Assembly: GCA_951406725.2 (NCBI GenBank)
Contig: OX597816.1
Coordinates: 87,544,001 to 87,608,000 of the forward strand
Length of the DNA stretch: 64,000 nt
Source of the DNA: Octopus vulgaris
Taxonomy: Eukaryota
Direction of reading: 5' to 3'
The translations under genes and the position numbers were made by a program. This document shows positions 51,203 to 64,000 of the stretch, piece after piece. The notes under the pieces are model-generated. The model did not search any database and was not told the origin of the DNA. It was given only the letters and a program-made list of their open reading frames with translations. Each line of letters starts with the position of its first letter. Positions within the stretch are counted from its first letter, which is position 1.

Positions 51203-51283
51203 GTGTGTTCTCTTTATTTCGTATGTGTTATATATATATATATACAAGCATATATAATGTGTGTTCTATATATTTCGTATGTG

Positions 51284-51328
<45 letters not shown>

Positions 51329-51362
51329 AGCATATATAATGTGTGTTCTATATATTTCGTAT

Positions 51363-51396
<34 letters not shown>

Positions 51397-51497
51397 AGCA
51401 TATATAATGTGTGTTCTATATATTTCGTATGTGATATATATATATATATATATATATATAAGCATATATAATGTGTGTTCTATATATTATTTATGTG

Positions 51498-51532
<35 letters not shown>
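51110..51532. repeat. Minisatellite: ~38-bp unit caagcatatataatgtgtgttctatatatttcgtatgtg separated by variable (TA)n, ~6 copies
   Basis: Read directly; explains the 201-aa ORF. Confidence 0.9.
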
Positions 51533-51536
<4 letters not shown>

Positions 51537-52109
51537 TTGTAGGTATGTATGTGTGTGTGTGTGTGCACGCACACATACACACACTATGTACACATTTCTG
51601 CTTATTAATTCTTATTGTCTGTTTATTCTTTATTTTTCCATAAACTCTCAATGGAACATCTGCCCATCTCTCTCTTTCCTCTCCTCGCCTCTCCTTCTCT
51701 ATCTTCTTCTTTCTCTTCCACCCTTCAGGATATATGGGAATGTCCCAATTTCTATATATCGTTAAGTTAGTCACTTGAGATTAATTCTATGAAATATTAA
51801 TGAGACATTGCAGAAACATGGACAGCAACAACAACAACAGCAGCAAACCTCAACACTTTCATATTAACAATCATATGCGAAGCTATTCCAAATGGGATTC
51901 AAAAAACCTAACTGCTGTTATTTTTGTTGCTGTTGTTGCTGTTGTCATTTCTCCTCTTCTTCTTATTATTGTTATTGTAATGAAGGCGTTTGATGGCAAT
52001 GACAGAGTTTAGCAGAGAGCCAGTCAAAACATGCCATTCTGTCTATTTCATGTGCTATGTTCAAATCCTCTCACAGTCAACTTAATTTTTCTCAGGAAAT
52101 TGTAGTTGT

Positions 52110-52503
52110 GATACCTGTGCCAGTGGCACGTAAAAAGCACCATCCGAACATGGCTGATGCCAGCGCCACCTTGACTGGCTTCTGTACTGGTGGCACATAA
52201 AAAGCACCCACTACACTCATGGGAATGGTTGGCGTTAGGAAGCGCATCCAGCTGTGGAAACACTGCCAGATCAAACTGGAGCCTGTTGCAGCCTCCTGGC
52301 GATGATGATGATGATTGTTAAAGAAGCATGTCCCTTGCATCCCTCTCTTGTTGAGTGTTCCTAATCTTATGGACTTGTGGGTGTTGGTGCCATGTAAAAA
52401 GCACCTGTACCGGTGCCGCATAAATGCACCTGTGCCAGCATTGCATAATAAGCACCCAGTACACTATAAAGTGTTTGGCATTAGGAAGGGCTTCCAGCTG
52501 TAG
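52110..52503 (+). mobile_element. Family-E elements (two pieces)
   Basis: ggcacgtaaaaagcacc units and ggttggcgttaggaag.gcatccagctgt. Confidence 0.8.
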
Positions 52504-53801
52504 AATTACAAAGCTTTGGTCATCGCAAGACTATATTAGAAGACGCCTGCCCAAGGTGCCACACTAGGACTGAAACCAGAACCTTGTGGTTGGGAAACAA
52601 GCCTCTTACCATCTTTATGTTCTGAGTTCAAATTTCTCCTAGGTTGACTATGCCTTTCATGTTTTCAGAGTTGATGAAATAAGCACCAGTTGAGCACTGG
52701 GATTGATATAATCAACTAGCTCCCTTTCCCAAAATTTCAAGGTAATGTTATGTGAAGCATGTTATACAATATTTAGTTTTGTATCATCACAATTTTGTAT
52801 CCATGATTAAACGTAGATAATGGTTTAGAAAAACAGAAATGGTAAATAAAAACCAGACTAGATGCCTAGCTTACCACTCATGAACTACAGAATCAACGAC
52901 ACCCATCTTCTGCTTGTGCCTATGTGAGGAGACAAAATGAGGGTGATAATAATAATGGTATTAGAATTGTATCTTAGAGGAAAATCCTTGGATTACACCC
53001 TGATACAAGCTTTGATCTTACTGTTCAGCTCAAGATAAACTCTGATTGGGCAGACCTATGATCAGGATCATTCTGGCTGTGACCATCCTATCTTTTGTTT
53101 TTTTTCAGTTAAGATTAGCTGTCAGATTTCCCTCAATCTACAGCTCACTTTAGTCCTGTAGACACTGCTTATGAAAAATAACTGGATGGTCATGGCTTAA
53201 ATGTCTTTGACCATGGGTCTGTTTGGTCAAAGTTAACCTGGAGATAAATACCAACATCTACTATATACTGTACATCTTGCAATGAGAACTTTTATAGTGT
53301 CCTCAAATGCTAGGTACAACATTGGTCAACGAGATGGTGATAGACATCCAATGGCCGTAATGAAACCACAGCTATATTTCAAAAGTTGACCTTCTCCTCC
53401 AGAATCAGAAAATGTTTCATCTCTAAGCATTTGCTAACATCTCACTTTACAATTGGATTTCTACTCACATATCAGGAACAGTGCAGCTGTGATCTTCATG
53501 CAGATGTTTTAGATCACTTGAACAAATGTCCAGCAATTTGCTTGCTATAAACATTAACTTTTCTTTCATTATGTGTTTTAGTCCTTAGCCACAAACTATC
53601 ATATTTTCTGGCATGCAAGTTATTGTAAATGGTGTAAACATTCAAACATTGGCACTATCTTTCGAAAGCCCGCTGTATTCCGCATGGAATTTTTGGTCCT
53701 TCAAATTGTCTTGTTATATTTTGGAATGGTCATTTTGCCAGTTTAGCCAATAAACCTTGGCCTTGAACCATTGGTTTTTCAGAAAGAAAAAAAACCTTGT
53801 G

Positions 53802-54218
53802 TAGGAGTGGCTGTGTGGTAAGTAGCTTGCTTACCAACCACATGGTTCTAGGTTCAGTCCCACTGCGTGGCACCTTGGGCAAGTGTCTTCTACTATAGCC
53901 GCGGTCCGACCAAAGCTTTGTGAGTGGATTTGGTAGACGGAAACTGAAAGAAGCCCATCATATATATATATATTTATATATATCTGTGTATGTATATGTT
54001 TGTATGTGTCTGCGTTTGTGCCCCCAACATCGCTTGACAACTGATGCTGGTGTGTTTACATCCCCGTCACTTAACGGTTTGGTAAGAGAGACCGACAGAA
54101 TAAGTACTAGGCTTACAAAGAATAAGTCCTGGGGTCGATTTGCTTGACGAAAGGTGGTGCTCCAGCATGGCCACAGTCAAATGACTGAAACAAATAAAAG
54201 AGTAAAGAGGAAAAGAGT
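53802..54218 (+). mobile_element. Full-length family-A SINE
   Basis: Colinear with 47563-47963. Confidence 0.92.
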
Positions 54219-54680
54219 ATCATATTAATGTCTACTTTTCCATGCTTGCATGGGTTGGATGGAGTTTGAAATAGATTTTCTGTGTTCAGATGCCCGTCCT
54301 GTCACCAACCCCCATTTCTTTCAAAGTAAGGTAATATTTCCTTATTGCCAGACTTGTTTTTGCAGAATATTGGAAATGAATGACACTGCTTGTATATTAT
54401 CAGTGATGCTCATTTACAACTATCACACAAAATGAAGACTAGGAGAGAGAGAGAGAGAGAGGCAGGCACACACACACCTGGCTTCTTCAGGTTCTGCCTA
54501 TGAAATCTATTCAGAGGGTTTTGGTTGGTTAGAACTGAACCTGAAGCCATATGGTTGGGAAGCAAACTACTCAACTGTACAAGAATTCCTGCACCTCAAG
54601 ACAAAAAAAAAGTGAAACCCAAAAAACATTAAAATTATTGCTGAGAAATTTTTTTGTTATCTGTTATTCTCTCTCTAAAT

Positions 54681-54907
54681 CAGTGGTTCTCCACCATTTT
54701 TTTTATTCATGAACCCATACAATTCCTATTTTACTCGGGTGGACTCTCACAACCAATTGATGTTTAAAAAAATCCAACAATATTTTTGTAATTTAATATC
54801 GTTAGGAATTATAAAAATATCGCTCGTATATTGCAGAAGTACAACCAATTTATTGCAGATAAATTCTAACCACAAAATCTTACATGGACTGTTGTTAAAA
54901 ACCACTG
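54681..54907. mobile_element. hAT/Charlie-type MITE with 8-bp TSD
   Basis: TIRs cagtggtt... / ...aaccactg; perfect TSD ctctaaat at 54673-54680 and 54908-54915. Confidence 0.88.
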
Positions 54908-55195
54908 CTCTAAATTGCATATTGTGGAAGCTTAACTCTTTGAAACTGGAACCAAGCACTAATCTAAACTTTGGCCTTGAACCATTATTTTGAAATTTTA
55001 ATGCGCATAAAGCCAGATAGAGTCACTTGTTTTGTTGGGTTATATCGTACTTAGTTTTCAGTTTGGTTATTTTATTTAATTAAAAAATTTTTTTTTTGTT
55101 AATTTTTATTTATTTTTAAACACCGAATCTTATTAAATTGCAAAATAAAATCTCGGGGAAATTTAAATTGCCGATAACACAATGGAAAGACGAAA

Positions 55196-55200
55196 ATGAG
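55196..55200 (+). CDS. Candidate start-codon exon end (ATG AG|gtaact) of an unidentified gene
   Basis: aaaATG context, donor GAG|GTAACT, Inr-like TCAGTT at 55058; frame-compatible with the microexon at 56508. Confidence 0.25.
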
Positions 55201-55572
55201 GTAACTGGTTTTGGTTTATTTTTTTTGCACAAGACAGGGAGAAAGAGCGAAGGATCATGGGGAGGAGTGGAGAATCATGGGAGGAGTTTATGATAAACAC
55301 AACAATAACAACAACAACAACAACAGCAGCAACAACTACAATGACAATACTAATAATAACAATGATGACGATTCCAATAATAATGATAATAATAAATGCT
55401 ATGATTATGATGATAAGGATAATGAGGATGCTGTAGATTTCGGGAAAGCAGGGCTGGAAGACTTTGAAATCAATATTTCTTTGTAACAGGATAGGAGATT
55501 GAACTTAAATCAATTTATGTGTGTAAGAAGATTTATTTAAATTAGAAGAGAAGAAGTAGAGGGAGAGGAAGG

Positions 55573-55606
<34 letters not shown>

Positions 55607-55974
55607 GGTGGCATGGGTGGGGTGGGGGGAGAGAGTGTATGTGGACTTATGCATGTGTGCTTGTGTGTAACTGTATGAGGACTAATAGGATAGAAGGCAT
55701 ACTCCATGAAAATACATTCACTTTCTTTCTCTCTCTCTCTCTCTCTCTCTCTCGCGTGCTCTCTCTCTCTCTCTCTCGCGTGCACACGCATATATACGCT
55801 ATGTTTTTAAGCTAGACTTAAATACATATAAATTCTCATACACCTGTGTGTATGTGTTTGTGAGCGTGCATATAGATGTATGTGTGTATGTACTTATATG
55901 CATATATACATATGACTATGGGTATATTATGCAACATATATTTGCATGTATTCTATAAGCGCCTCATGCATACA

Positions 55975-56006
<32 letters not shown>

Positions 56007-56359
56007 CACAGAAACACACACACACACACAAATACAGATACATATAATCATCATATAGAAAGAAGGTAAAACATGAAATGCAAAAAAAAATTATTTCTCT
56101 GTGAAATTGATTTACCGTTTTCTTCACAAAAGAAATATTATTGATTTTTAAGTCCGTTCGTTGTTCCCTTTTAACAAAAAAATAAAAAAAAAACATAAAA
56201 AATAAAACTATATATTAAATATCTTGCTCTTGCTTTCCTTCTCCTATCATCATCATCAACATTATCATCATCATCATTGTCAATGTAACAAATGCTGTTG
56301 GTGGTAGTGTATTCTTCGTATTGCTATTATTATCATCATCATCATATCATTATTAATGC

Positions 56360-56408
<49 letters not shown>

Positions 56409-56452
56409 GTTGCAATTTATTCTCCCGTCTAGTCCCTCTCCTATTATGGTTG

Positions 56453-56491
<39 letters not shown>

Positions 56492-56507
56492 TTTTTTTTT
56501 CCTCCAG

Positions 56508-56520
56508 CTTCTGTCCTGAT
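56508..56520 (+). CDS. Candidate 13-nt microexon
   Basis: ~50-nt pyrimidine tract ending cctccAG, no AG from 56433 to 56505, exon cttctgtcctgat, donor GTGAGT. Confidence 0.45.
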
Positions 56521-56665
56521 GTGAGTGTTAAAAATAAGATGAAAAACAGGTTTCATAACAAACACTGATTCCCCACCTCATAACATCTAGAGATGTTGTT
56601 ATTGTTGCTGTAGTTGTTTTATTATTGTGGTAGGCACAGATACACACACATACACTAGGTATGCA

Positions 56666-56696
<31 letters not shown>

Positions 56697-56767
56697 ATGT
56701 GAGTGTATTATGTATATATATATATATATAAATGAAAACACATGCACACAATAGGTATGTGTATATA

Positions 56768-56803
<36 letters not shown>

Positions 56804-56832
56804 ATGTGTGTGTATATATATATGTATGTGTA

Positions 56833-56873
<41 letters not shown>

Positions 56874-56898
56874 ACACATACTCAGACAATAGGTATGC

Positions 56899-56931
<33 letters not shown>

Positions 56932-57047
56932 CATAAACACGTCAGTGCACACACACATACTACATATTTTCATTTATGTTTTGTTTACTTATCTTCAGAT
57001 TTGCTTTTTCTAATAATGTTGAAACTTGAAGAAACCACAGTCACACA

Positions 57048-57083
<36 letters not shown>

Positions 57084-57474
57084 TAAGGTAATAAAATATG
57101 ATAAATGTACACATGCCTATTTACTGTCATACAGAAAACATGATACCCACACACACTTGGAAGCAGAAGAAAAAAAAATATATGACAAAATACATTTTAT
57201 GCAGACACAACCACACTCACTTGTCCACGGTGAGGGAAGAACAGGACGCATACATAAGACAATGGGAACAACAACTACAATTACATTGCAGAAAAAGTAT
57301 ATTATAAATAGTAAAATATGAAATAAGAATGATAAGTCTTACATATTTTCTCGTTATAATATTTAATATAAAAACGTTTTGTTGCGGTTTCTGTGGCTGT
57401 TTTGTTGTTCTGCAGTTAGTAAAGTACAACAAAGCCAGTAATTATATACTATATATATATAAATATTTTTTTTT

Positions 57475-57960
57475 TCTATCTGTCTCTCTCCCCACTCTTT
57501 CTCTTTTTGTCTCTCGCTGCTCACACGTGACCATCGTCCATTTTTCTTTTCCTGCACAACGTTCTAAATACTGGATGTTTTCTTTCTCTCTCTTCTGTCT
57601 TTTCTCTTTTCAAAGAAAATATTTCTCCCAGCGTTCACTATTTTTCTCTCGTTCTGGTCTAATGACCCTCCATGTTTGTTTTCGTTTGGTTTCCTTGTAT
57701 GTCTCCGCTGCTCTGTTTTTGTTCCCAATGTTGACCCTCCATAAATCCTAAATTTTATTTGGAATTTATGGGAGCAACTGTCTTCAAAGACTCATATTGT
57801 CGTTGAATGCTGGAAATGAGGAGTAGGTAGATCGCCAACAACTGATGAAGAGCCGTTCTCTGTGTTGTTCTGTTTTCCATTTTTTCTTTCGTTTGCATAT
57901 TTAACTCGTTTGTTTTTGTACTTCATGTTGGTGACATCCTGTACCCATATATGCACATAT
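57475..57960 (+). mobile_element. Probable Penelope-like terminal-repeat remnant
   Basis: Pyrimidine-skewed block between TA tracts; its end cctgtacccatatatgca is the reverse complement of 27998-28016; contains CTGATGAagagc. Confidence 0.45.
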
Positions 57961-57967
57961 ATATATG

Positions 57968-57997
<30 letters not shown>

Positions 57998-57999
<2 letters not shown>

Positions 58000-58400
58000 G
58001 GCAAAGTTGTGGCTGTGTGGTGTGAATATTGCTTCCCAAACAACGTGGTTCTGGGTTCAATTCCTGTCTGTGGTGCACCTTGAGCAAGTGTTTTCTACTA
58101 TAGTCTTGGACTGACCAAAGTCTTGTAAGTGGATTTGGTAGATGGAAACTGAAAGAAGCCTGTTTATATACAGGCTCACTCTGTCTATTTTTCAGTGTGT
58201 GTATGTCTTCGTGCTTGTTTGTTCTCCACACCAATGTTGGTTCGTTTCCTTTTCCTGTAACTTGGCAGTTTGGCCAAAACAAGTCTTATGAAGCTTAAAG
58301 AAACAAACAAGTAGTGGTAATGGTGGTGGGAGTGGCCATTTGTTCAACTAAACCTTTCAAGGCAGTGCTCCAGCCTGGCCACAGTCCAGTGACCAAAACA
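57998..58400 (+). mobile_element. Decayed family-A SINE
   Basis: Head gtggctgtgtgg...gggttcaattcc; tail gtgctccagcctggccacagtcc. Confidence 0.8.
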
Positions 58401-58432
<32 letters not shown>

Positions 58433-59124
58433 GGCTGTTGTTACTTTTGCAGAACTGTTGCATGTGGTCTTGTTGCTGTTGTCAAGCCTCAGTGAGCTCG
58501 GCACAAGTAGACCAGTTGACCTACAATCACTCAACAGCCTTCTAATTAAATGTCTGGTCTGGGTGGCCTCATATCCTCCACTCATCTAGAACCACCATAC
58601 CTATATTATCTCTATCATGTTCTTGTTTATCATCTAACTACAGGTCACTTCTCATTAAACATGATCAAAGAAGGGAGGAATGCATTAGACTATGATGATA
58701 ATATATTTCTATGAGTTGCTTTTTCCATTCTTATTTTCTTACATCTGAAGACTTCATTCCTGAGTCTCATCTGACATGTCTTTATTTTCTTTCTTTCTTT
58801 TAAAGCTGCTTGTGAATTTAGTTTCAAAATCATTATACATATATTAGAGGAAATGAATCCAAGGTAGATTCATCATAGGGTTAAGTGATGAGTGGTGTGC
58901 CTAGTAAGCTACTCAGTAACTATATTTGCAGGCCTATATCAATATGCAGCTACATAGTGTAACTGGATTAGTTGACTGAAAAATACTATGACTGCCTCCC
59001 TTCTCTGCACACACATATAGATATGTATGCATAGCAAACATACATGCATACATAACAGATATACATGTTTACATATGTGTGTGTGTGTGCATGTATGTTT
59101 GTATGTATGTATGTGTGTGTATAT

Positions 59125-59620
59125 ATCATCATCATCATCGTTTAACATCTGTTTTCTATACCGGCAAAGGTTGGACGGTTTGACTGAGGACTGGCAAGCC
59201 AGTAGGCTGCACCAGGCTCCAATCTGATCTGGCAAGGTGTCTACAGCTGGATGCCCTTCCTAATGTCAACCACGCTGAGAGTATATTGGGTGCTTTTTAC
59301 ATGCCACTAGCATGGGAGCCAGTCAGGGGACACTGGCATCAACCACATTTGAGTGGTGTTGAATGGTGGTTTTTACATGCCACCGGCACTGGGAGCCAGT
59401 CAAGCAGCACTGGCATCAACCCATGCTCAAATGGTGCTTACTGCATGCCACCAGCACAGGTGCCAGCCAGAGGGCACTGACATCAGCCATGACTACTATT
59501 TAACTTGACTCAACAGGTCTTCTCAAGTACAGCATATTGCCTGACGATTCAAGGGTACTTTTAAACGGGTTGGTTATGCAACACTAGCTGCGATCTGACC
59601 TTATTTGCCGGGTCTTTTCA
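59125..59620 (-). mobile_element. Family-E element with several internal units
   Basis: (cat)n cgtttaacatc...ctacagctggatgcccttcctaa and repeated ttttacatgcca units. Confidence 0.8.
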
Positions 59621-60040
59621 TATATGTGTCGTCATTATCAGCTAATATCCCTTTACCATGCTGGCATGGGATTGATGGATTGATGAGCTGGCAACCTGGA
59701 TAACTGCACCAGGCCACAGTCATATATATGTGTTTGTGTGTGTGTGTGTGTGTGCATGCATGTAAAAACATCATCTCTCTTTTGTCCTTCCCATGTCAAC
59801 TGTATCATCACTTCTACCCTGTTTCTGCTCTCTTCTTGCTTCCATTTACCTCCCCAAACTCATGCACCATTGGCCATCCCCACCCCTCTTTATCCACCAT
59901 TCCCTACAACCACCCTTCAATCCTACCCAATGCTTACTGATGTTTCCCCTCCTTCCATCCTTTTACTTTCTTGCAAACAACACTCACTCACACTCCTAGT
60001 TTCTCTAATTCCACTCCCTTCTTCTCACCTTGTACCTTGA

Positions 60041-60235
60041 CCATTTAGATACTAACCCACCAGGAAACCGCCTCTGACTCTGTTGTACAACTGTCTTGTT
60101 TTCATAAGTTCTGAATCAAAATCTTCCATTAAACCTCAGTCACCATTTATGTTCCTAACACTAGCTTAGTGATAACCAAGTTATTTTACTAAATATTTTA
60201 TTATATTTAACATCAACTGAAAGAAACACAGAGTG
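60041..60235. mobile_element. piggyBac-type MITE (inverse of 14721-14946), truncated
   Basis: Reverse-complement similarity across its length. Confidence 0.65.
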
Positions 60236-60885
60236 ATACCATACTATATGCCGTTCTTTTCTAAATTAATTGAATATAGTTTGAAGAATGTGGATGCCAA
60301 TATACATTAAGATAGCAATGAGAATAATAAGTATTTGTGATTGCAATTATATAATACAGAATACGTTAAAGAATTTAATTACATCTAATTAGATTTACTA
60401 TTCATATACATGTTGCATGTATGGTTAAGATGTTGGCTTCACCACCATATGTCTCCAGGTTTTGATCCTGCTGTGTTGTGCCATGGGCAAGAATCTTTTA
60501 CAATGCTGTTAGGTTGATCAATACTTTGTCAGTGAAATTTGGTTTTATGGAAACTGTGCGGAGTGTGTTTGTGTTAAGTTTACACTGGTCTGTATCCCGC
60601 AAACTAGAATTTTGACCAACAGATGTAGATATAATGACTACCAGACTGGAATAAGAACTGGGGCTAACGTGGTTGACTATGACCATTTATGGCAGAACAC
60701 AGCTTGGCTGCAATTCTACGGCTGAAATTGCTAAATAGAAAATATATTTAGTTGTATGTAAACATAATAAAAAAATTTATATCTGTGTGTGTATGTACAT
60801 ACATGTTTTCATCTGAGCTATCACTTCGTTCTATCATTACTCTGTACACTATTGTTATTTATTATTATTGTTACTGTTATCATCA

Positions 60886-60966
<81 letters not shown>

Positions 60967-61114
60967 CCTTTGAAAAATATTTATTCTTATAAATATTTTT
61001 TCAATTATTTATTGATTTATTTCATTTTGCTAGATTTACACTGAAATTGGATGTTATAATCTGATTATATATATATCTATATATATATATATATGTATAT
61101 AGATATATATATCT

Positions 61115-61275
61115 TTATTTATGCATATAGATATATATATATCTTTATGCATATAGATATATATATATCTTTATGCATATAGATATATATATATCTTTAT
61201 GCATATGGATATATATCTATATATATGCATTTTTATATATATATATACACGGATATATATCTATGCATATATATA
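61115..61275. repeat. AT-rich minisatellite (tttatgcatatagatatatatatatc)n
   Basis: At least 4 copies read directly. Confidence 0.85.
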
Positions 61276-62609
61276 TGGATATATATATATATATATATTC
61301 TTTACATTTCAATGTTGAATGAAATAATTATAACTTAACTTTAATTCATGCATATTGAAATATCCTGTTTTGATCTGTATCTACATATGTTTTCAAAAAT
61401 GTGCGTGTATTTGTGTGCGTTTGTGAATATATTATGTGTATCATGTACGCAGGTGAAGTATTTGTATACGCACACATACTCACACACACATACACACACA
61501 ATAAATACGATTTTTATGCAACGTATACAATATTTATATAATGTTTGTACAATACATGCACATACAAATGACCCACTATACATATAGTATATATATAATA
61601 TATATATATACACACATATGCGTAAGCATTTAGAGGAATATAACATAACAAAAAATGTGTCTGTATTCATATGTGTAGCGTATATATAATGTATGTATGT
61701 AATGTTTGTGTATGTGCATGTATGTTTACTTCTTTGTGTATATGGCAAGTAGAAGAGAAAATGAGTGTGTGATTGGCAGAATGTGGGTCTGTGTGCGTTT
61801 GTATAATTGTATGTCTTGAATGTTCATATATGAAAGGAAATGACAGGCTATCTATTATCTCAGGATTATTTAAATACAGAGCATTTGAATAAATTTCAAT
61901 CAGAATTAATGAGCTGATGATGAAACAGATGGATCATCTTTAGTATTGTCATTATCATCATCATCATCATCAGCATCATCATCATCACTATGACTGTCAT
62001 CATTACCATAGCCATTATTAGGAACATTATGGTGATTGTTTCTTATTGATCTGTGTTCTGCCTTCTCCCATCACAACCATCATCACCACCACCACCATCA
62101 CCACCACCATCTTAGCCAGCATCATTGTCATCGCCTTCATCATCCTTATCATCAGTCCTCATTATCCTTATCATTGTTGTTGTTGTTGTTGTTGTCGTCA
62201 TCTTCGTTGCTGTCATCATCGTTGTTGCTTCCCTTATTGATTTTTGCTTGATTTTTATTTTATATATATTGTTCATTTACTAGACAAAAATGAAATGCAA
62301 CATATTTATTATCCTTGCTGAAAGTTTAGGGTAATAACCCTAATATTATTCTACAGGAAAGCCGTTTGTTCTAAAGTTAAGGGGAAATATAATACGCTTT
62401 TCTTTATTTTCTTGTGTTCTTGTTCTCTCTTGAATTCTATAAGGTTTCATAGAAAATGGATTAGATAAAGGAAAATTTGAAAAACCCCCAATGTTTGTTT
62501 AGATAATAGTAATGTTTAGATAATAGTATTACATGCATATTCTTCCATGTAATTATCCTTCAGAATACAATGTTGTAATGCCAATAATATTAGTGATACC
62601 AGGATCTGT

Positions 62610-63030
62610 TATTTGTTTCCGCAGTTGGACTGCAGTAGCCATACTGGAGCACCACCACGAAGAGTTTTTAGTTGAATGAATCACCTCCTCCCCACCAGTA
62701 CTTATGTTTTTAAGCCTGGTACTTATCTGTTGATCTCTTTTTGCTGAACCACTAGGTTACAGGGAACGTAATCGTACTGACACCAGGCTGCCCATATTGG
62801 AGGGTTTTTAGTTGAACAAGTCAAGCCTGGTGTTTATTTCTCTGAGTCTGATGCTTATTCTAATGATCCCTTTTGCTGAGCTAAATTATGGCAGTGTAAA
62901 CAAACCCACACTGGTAGCACTAACACAAACACAAAAACACACACACCTCTAGATATATGTGCTCACACACACGCTTGCACACACACACACACACACACAC
63001 ACGATGGGCTCCTTTCAATTTCCATTTGAG
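62610..63030 (-). mobile_element. Decayed family-A SINE pieces with a duplicated 3' segment
   Basis: ttttagttgaa...aagcctggt...ttttgctga occurs twice. Confidence 0.65.
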
Positions 63031-63099
63031 GGAACATAAGTGAAAACTGGTTCTCAAGCAGTGGGAGGATATAAACACACAGACACACACACACACAAA

Positions 63100-63820
63100 G
63101 TGGACAAATCACTTTAGGTAGATGACCCTCCCCAATCTGTAGGAAAGGCATCGGTAGAAACTCCATATGATGTACTCATTGTAAGCTATGGACACATACG
63201 AGGTGTAGCAATATCAAAGGAAGACCAACTGGAAAGACAGAATGTAAATGCACAGGGGCAATAAACACTGAAAATATGCAGAAAACAGCTTCCATCATAT
63301 GCCAGGGGGTAAAACTAGAAGTAGTTGATAGCTTCCATTACCTAAGTGACCAAATCAGTAGTGGGGGTGGGGGTGCTCTGCTAGAACATGAATAGCCTGG
63401 GCAAAGTTCAGAGAGCTCCTACCTCTGCTGGTAACAAAGAACCCCTTGCTCAGAATGAAAGGTAGACTGTATGATGCATGTGTGTGTGAACAGCCTTGCT
63501 ACACGGCAGTGAAACATGGGCTGTGATTGCTGAGGACATGCATAAGCTTGCAAAGAATGGAGCTAGTATACTCCACTTGGATGTGTAATGTCAGTGTGCA
63601 TACACGACAGGATGTAAGCACCCTGAGAGAAAAATAGGACATAAAAAGCATCAGATGTGGTGTGCAAGAGAGATAACTGTGTTGGTGTGGTCATGTGTTG
63701 CATATGGATGAGGGCAGCTGTGTGAAAAAGTGTCACACGCTAACAGTGGAGGGAACCTGTGGAAGAGGTGGACATGGGAAGACATGGGATGAGGTGGTGA
63801 AGCACGACCTTCGAATGCAT
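63100..63820 (+). pseudogene. RTE-clade LINE ORF fragment (Cys-rich finger plus post-RT C-terminus) with stops and frameshifts
   Basis: Pieces translate as PICRKGIGRNSI*CTHCKLWTHTRCS, KLEVVDSFHYL, IAWAKFRELLPLL, KGRLYDAC, LLHGSETWAV, WCGHVLHM, KTWDEVVKHDL. Confidence 0.88.
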
Positions 63821-64000
63821 TGTTTGTGCCTTCTCAACTACACACCCCTCGTTGAGCGGTTAATATAATTTTTCTTTTGTTTGGCAGTGTAGTGGTTGTG
63901 GTGTGGTGTTTGTTTGATGGTACTTGGAATCCATAGCTTTTGGTACTAAAAGAAGCCTTCACTTTGTCACACATTTTCCGATTCCTGAAAATGATGTTGA

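Noticed and set aside
51038-51643. Longest ORF (201 aa) and CRISPR-like repeat/spacer appearance
   Set aside because: Translation of a TA-rich minisatellite; the spacers are only (TA)n; eukaryotic context with no cas genes
55211-55486. Asn/Asp-rich ORF
   Set aside because: Degenerate (AAC/AAT/GAT)n microsatellite with a non-ATG start
62340-62382. Exon after ctacAG at 62356 as continuation of MSFCPD
   Set aside because: Phase-0 reading hits a stop after 5 codons and the donor is weak; the acceptor at 56998 also stops after 4 codons
63882-63905. miR-34-like tggcagtgt
   Set aside because: Only the first 9 nt match and there is no proper precursor hairpin

Overview
AT-rich, microsatellite-dense eukaryotic non-coding DNA. 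The repeat families (several tRNA-derived SINEs, RTE-tailed short elements, an RTE LINE, (TA)n-embedded Penelope-type pieces) are ones I associate with an octopus/coleoid genome; this is inferred from family recognition, not from a search. No long host ORF is present. Nearly all ORF-track entries are microsatellite or SINE translations. The only protein-like remnants are RTE LINE fragments (63100-63820, 8255-8600) and a mariner transposase start (7883-7927). The window looks like part of very long introns of a + strand gene. It has a textbook recursive-splice AG|GTGAGT site at 3452 with a downstream RS-exon donor. It also has a candidate ATG-bearing exon end at 55200 that joins in frame to a 13-nt microexon at 56508-56520 (MSFCPD). 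The most striking structures are fold-back elements sitting in (TA)n tracts, two of which carry recognisable minimal type I hammerhead ribozyme cores (3159-3212, 20247-20302). A second recurring pattern is truncated repeat fragments flanked by unusually long (34-124 bp) direct duplications.
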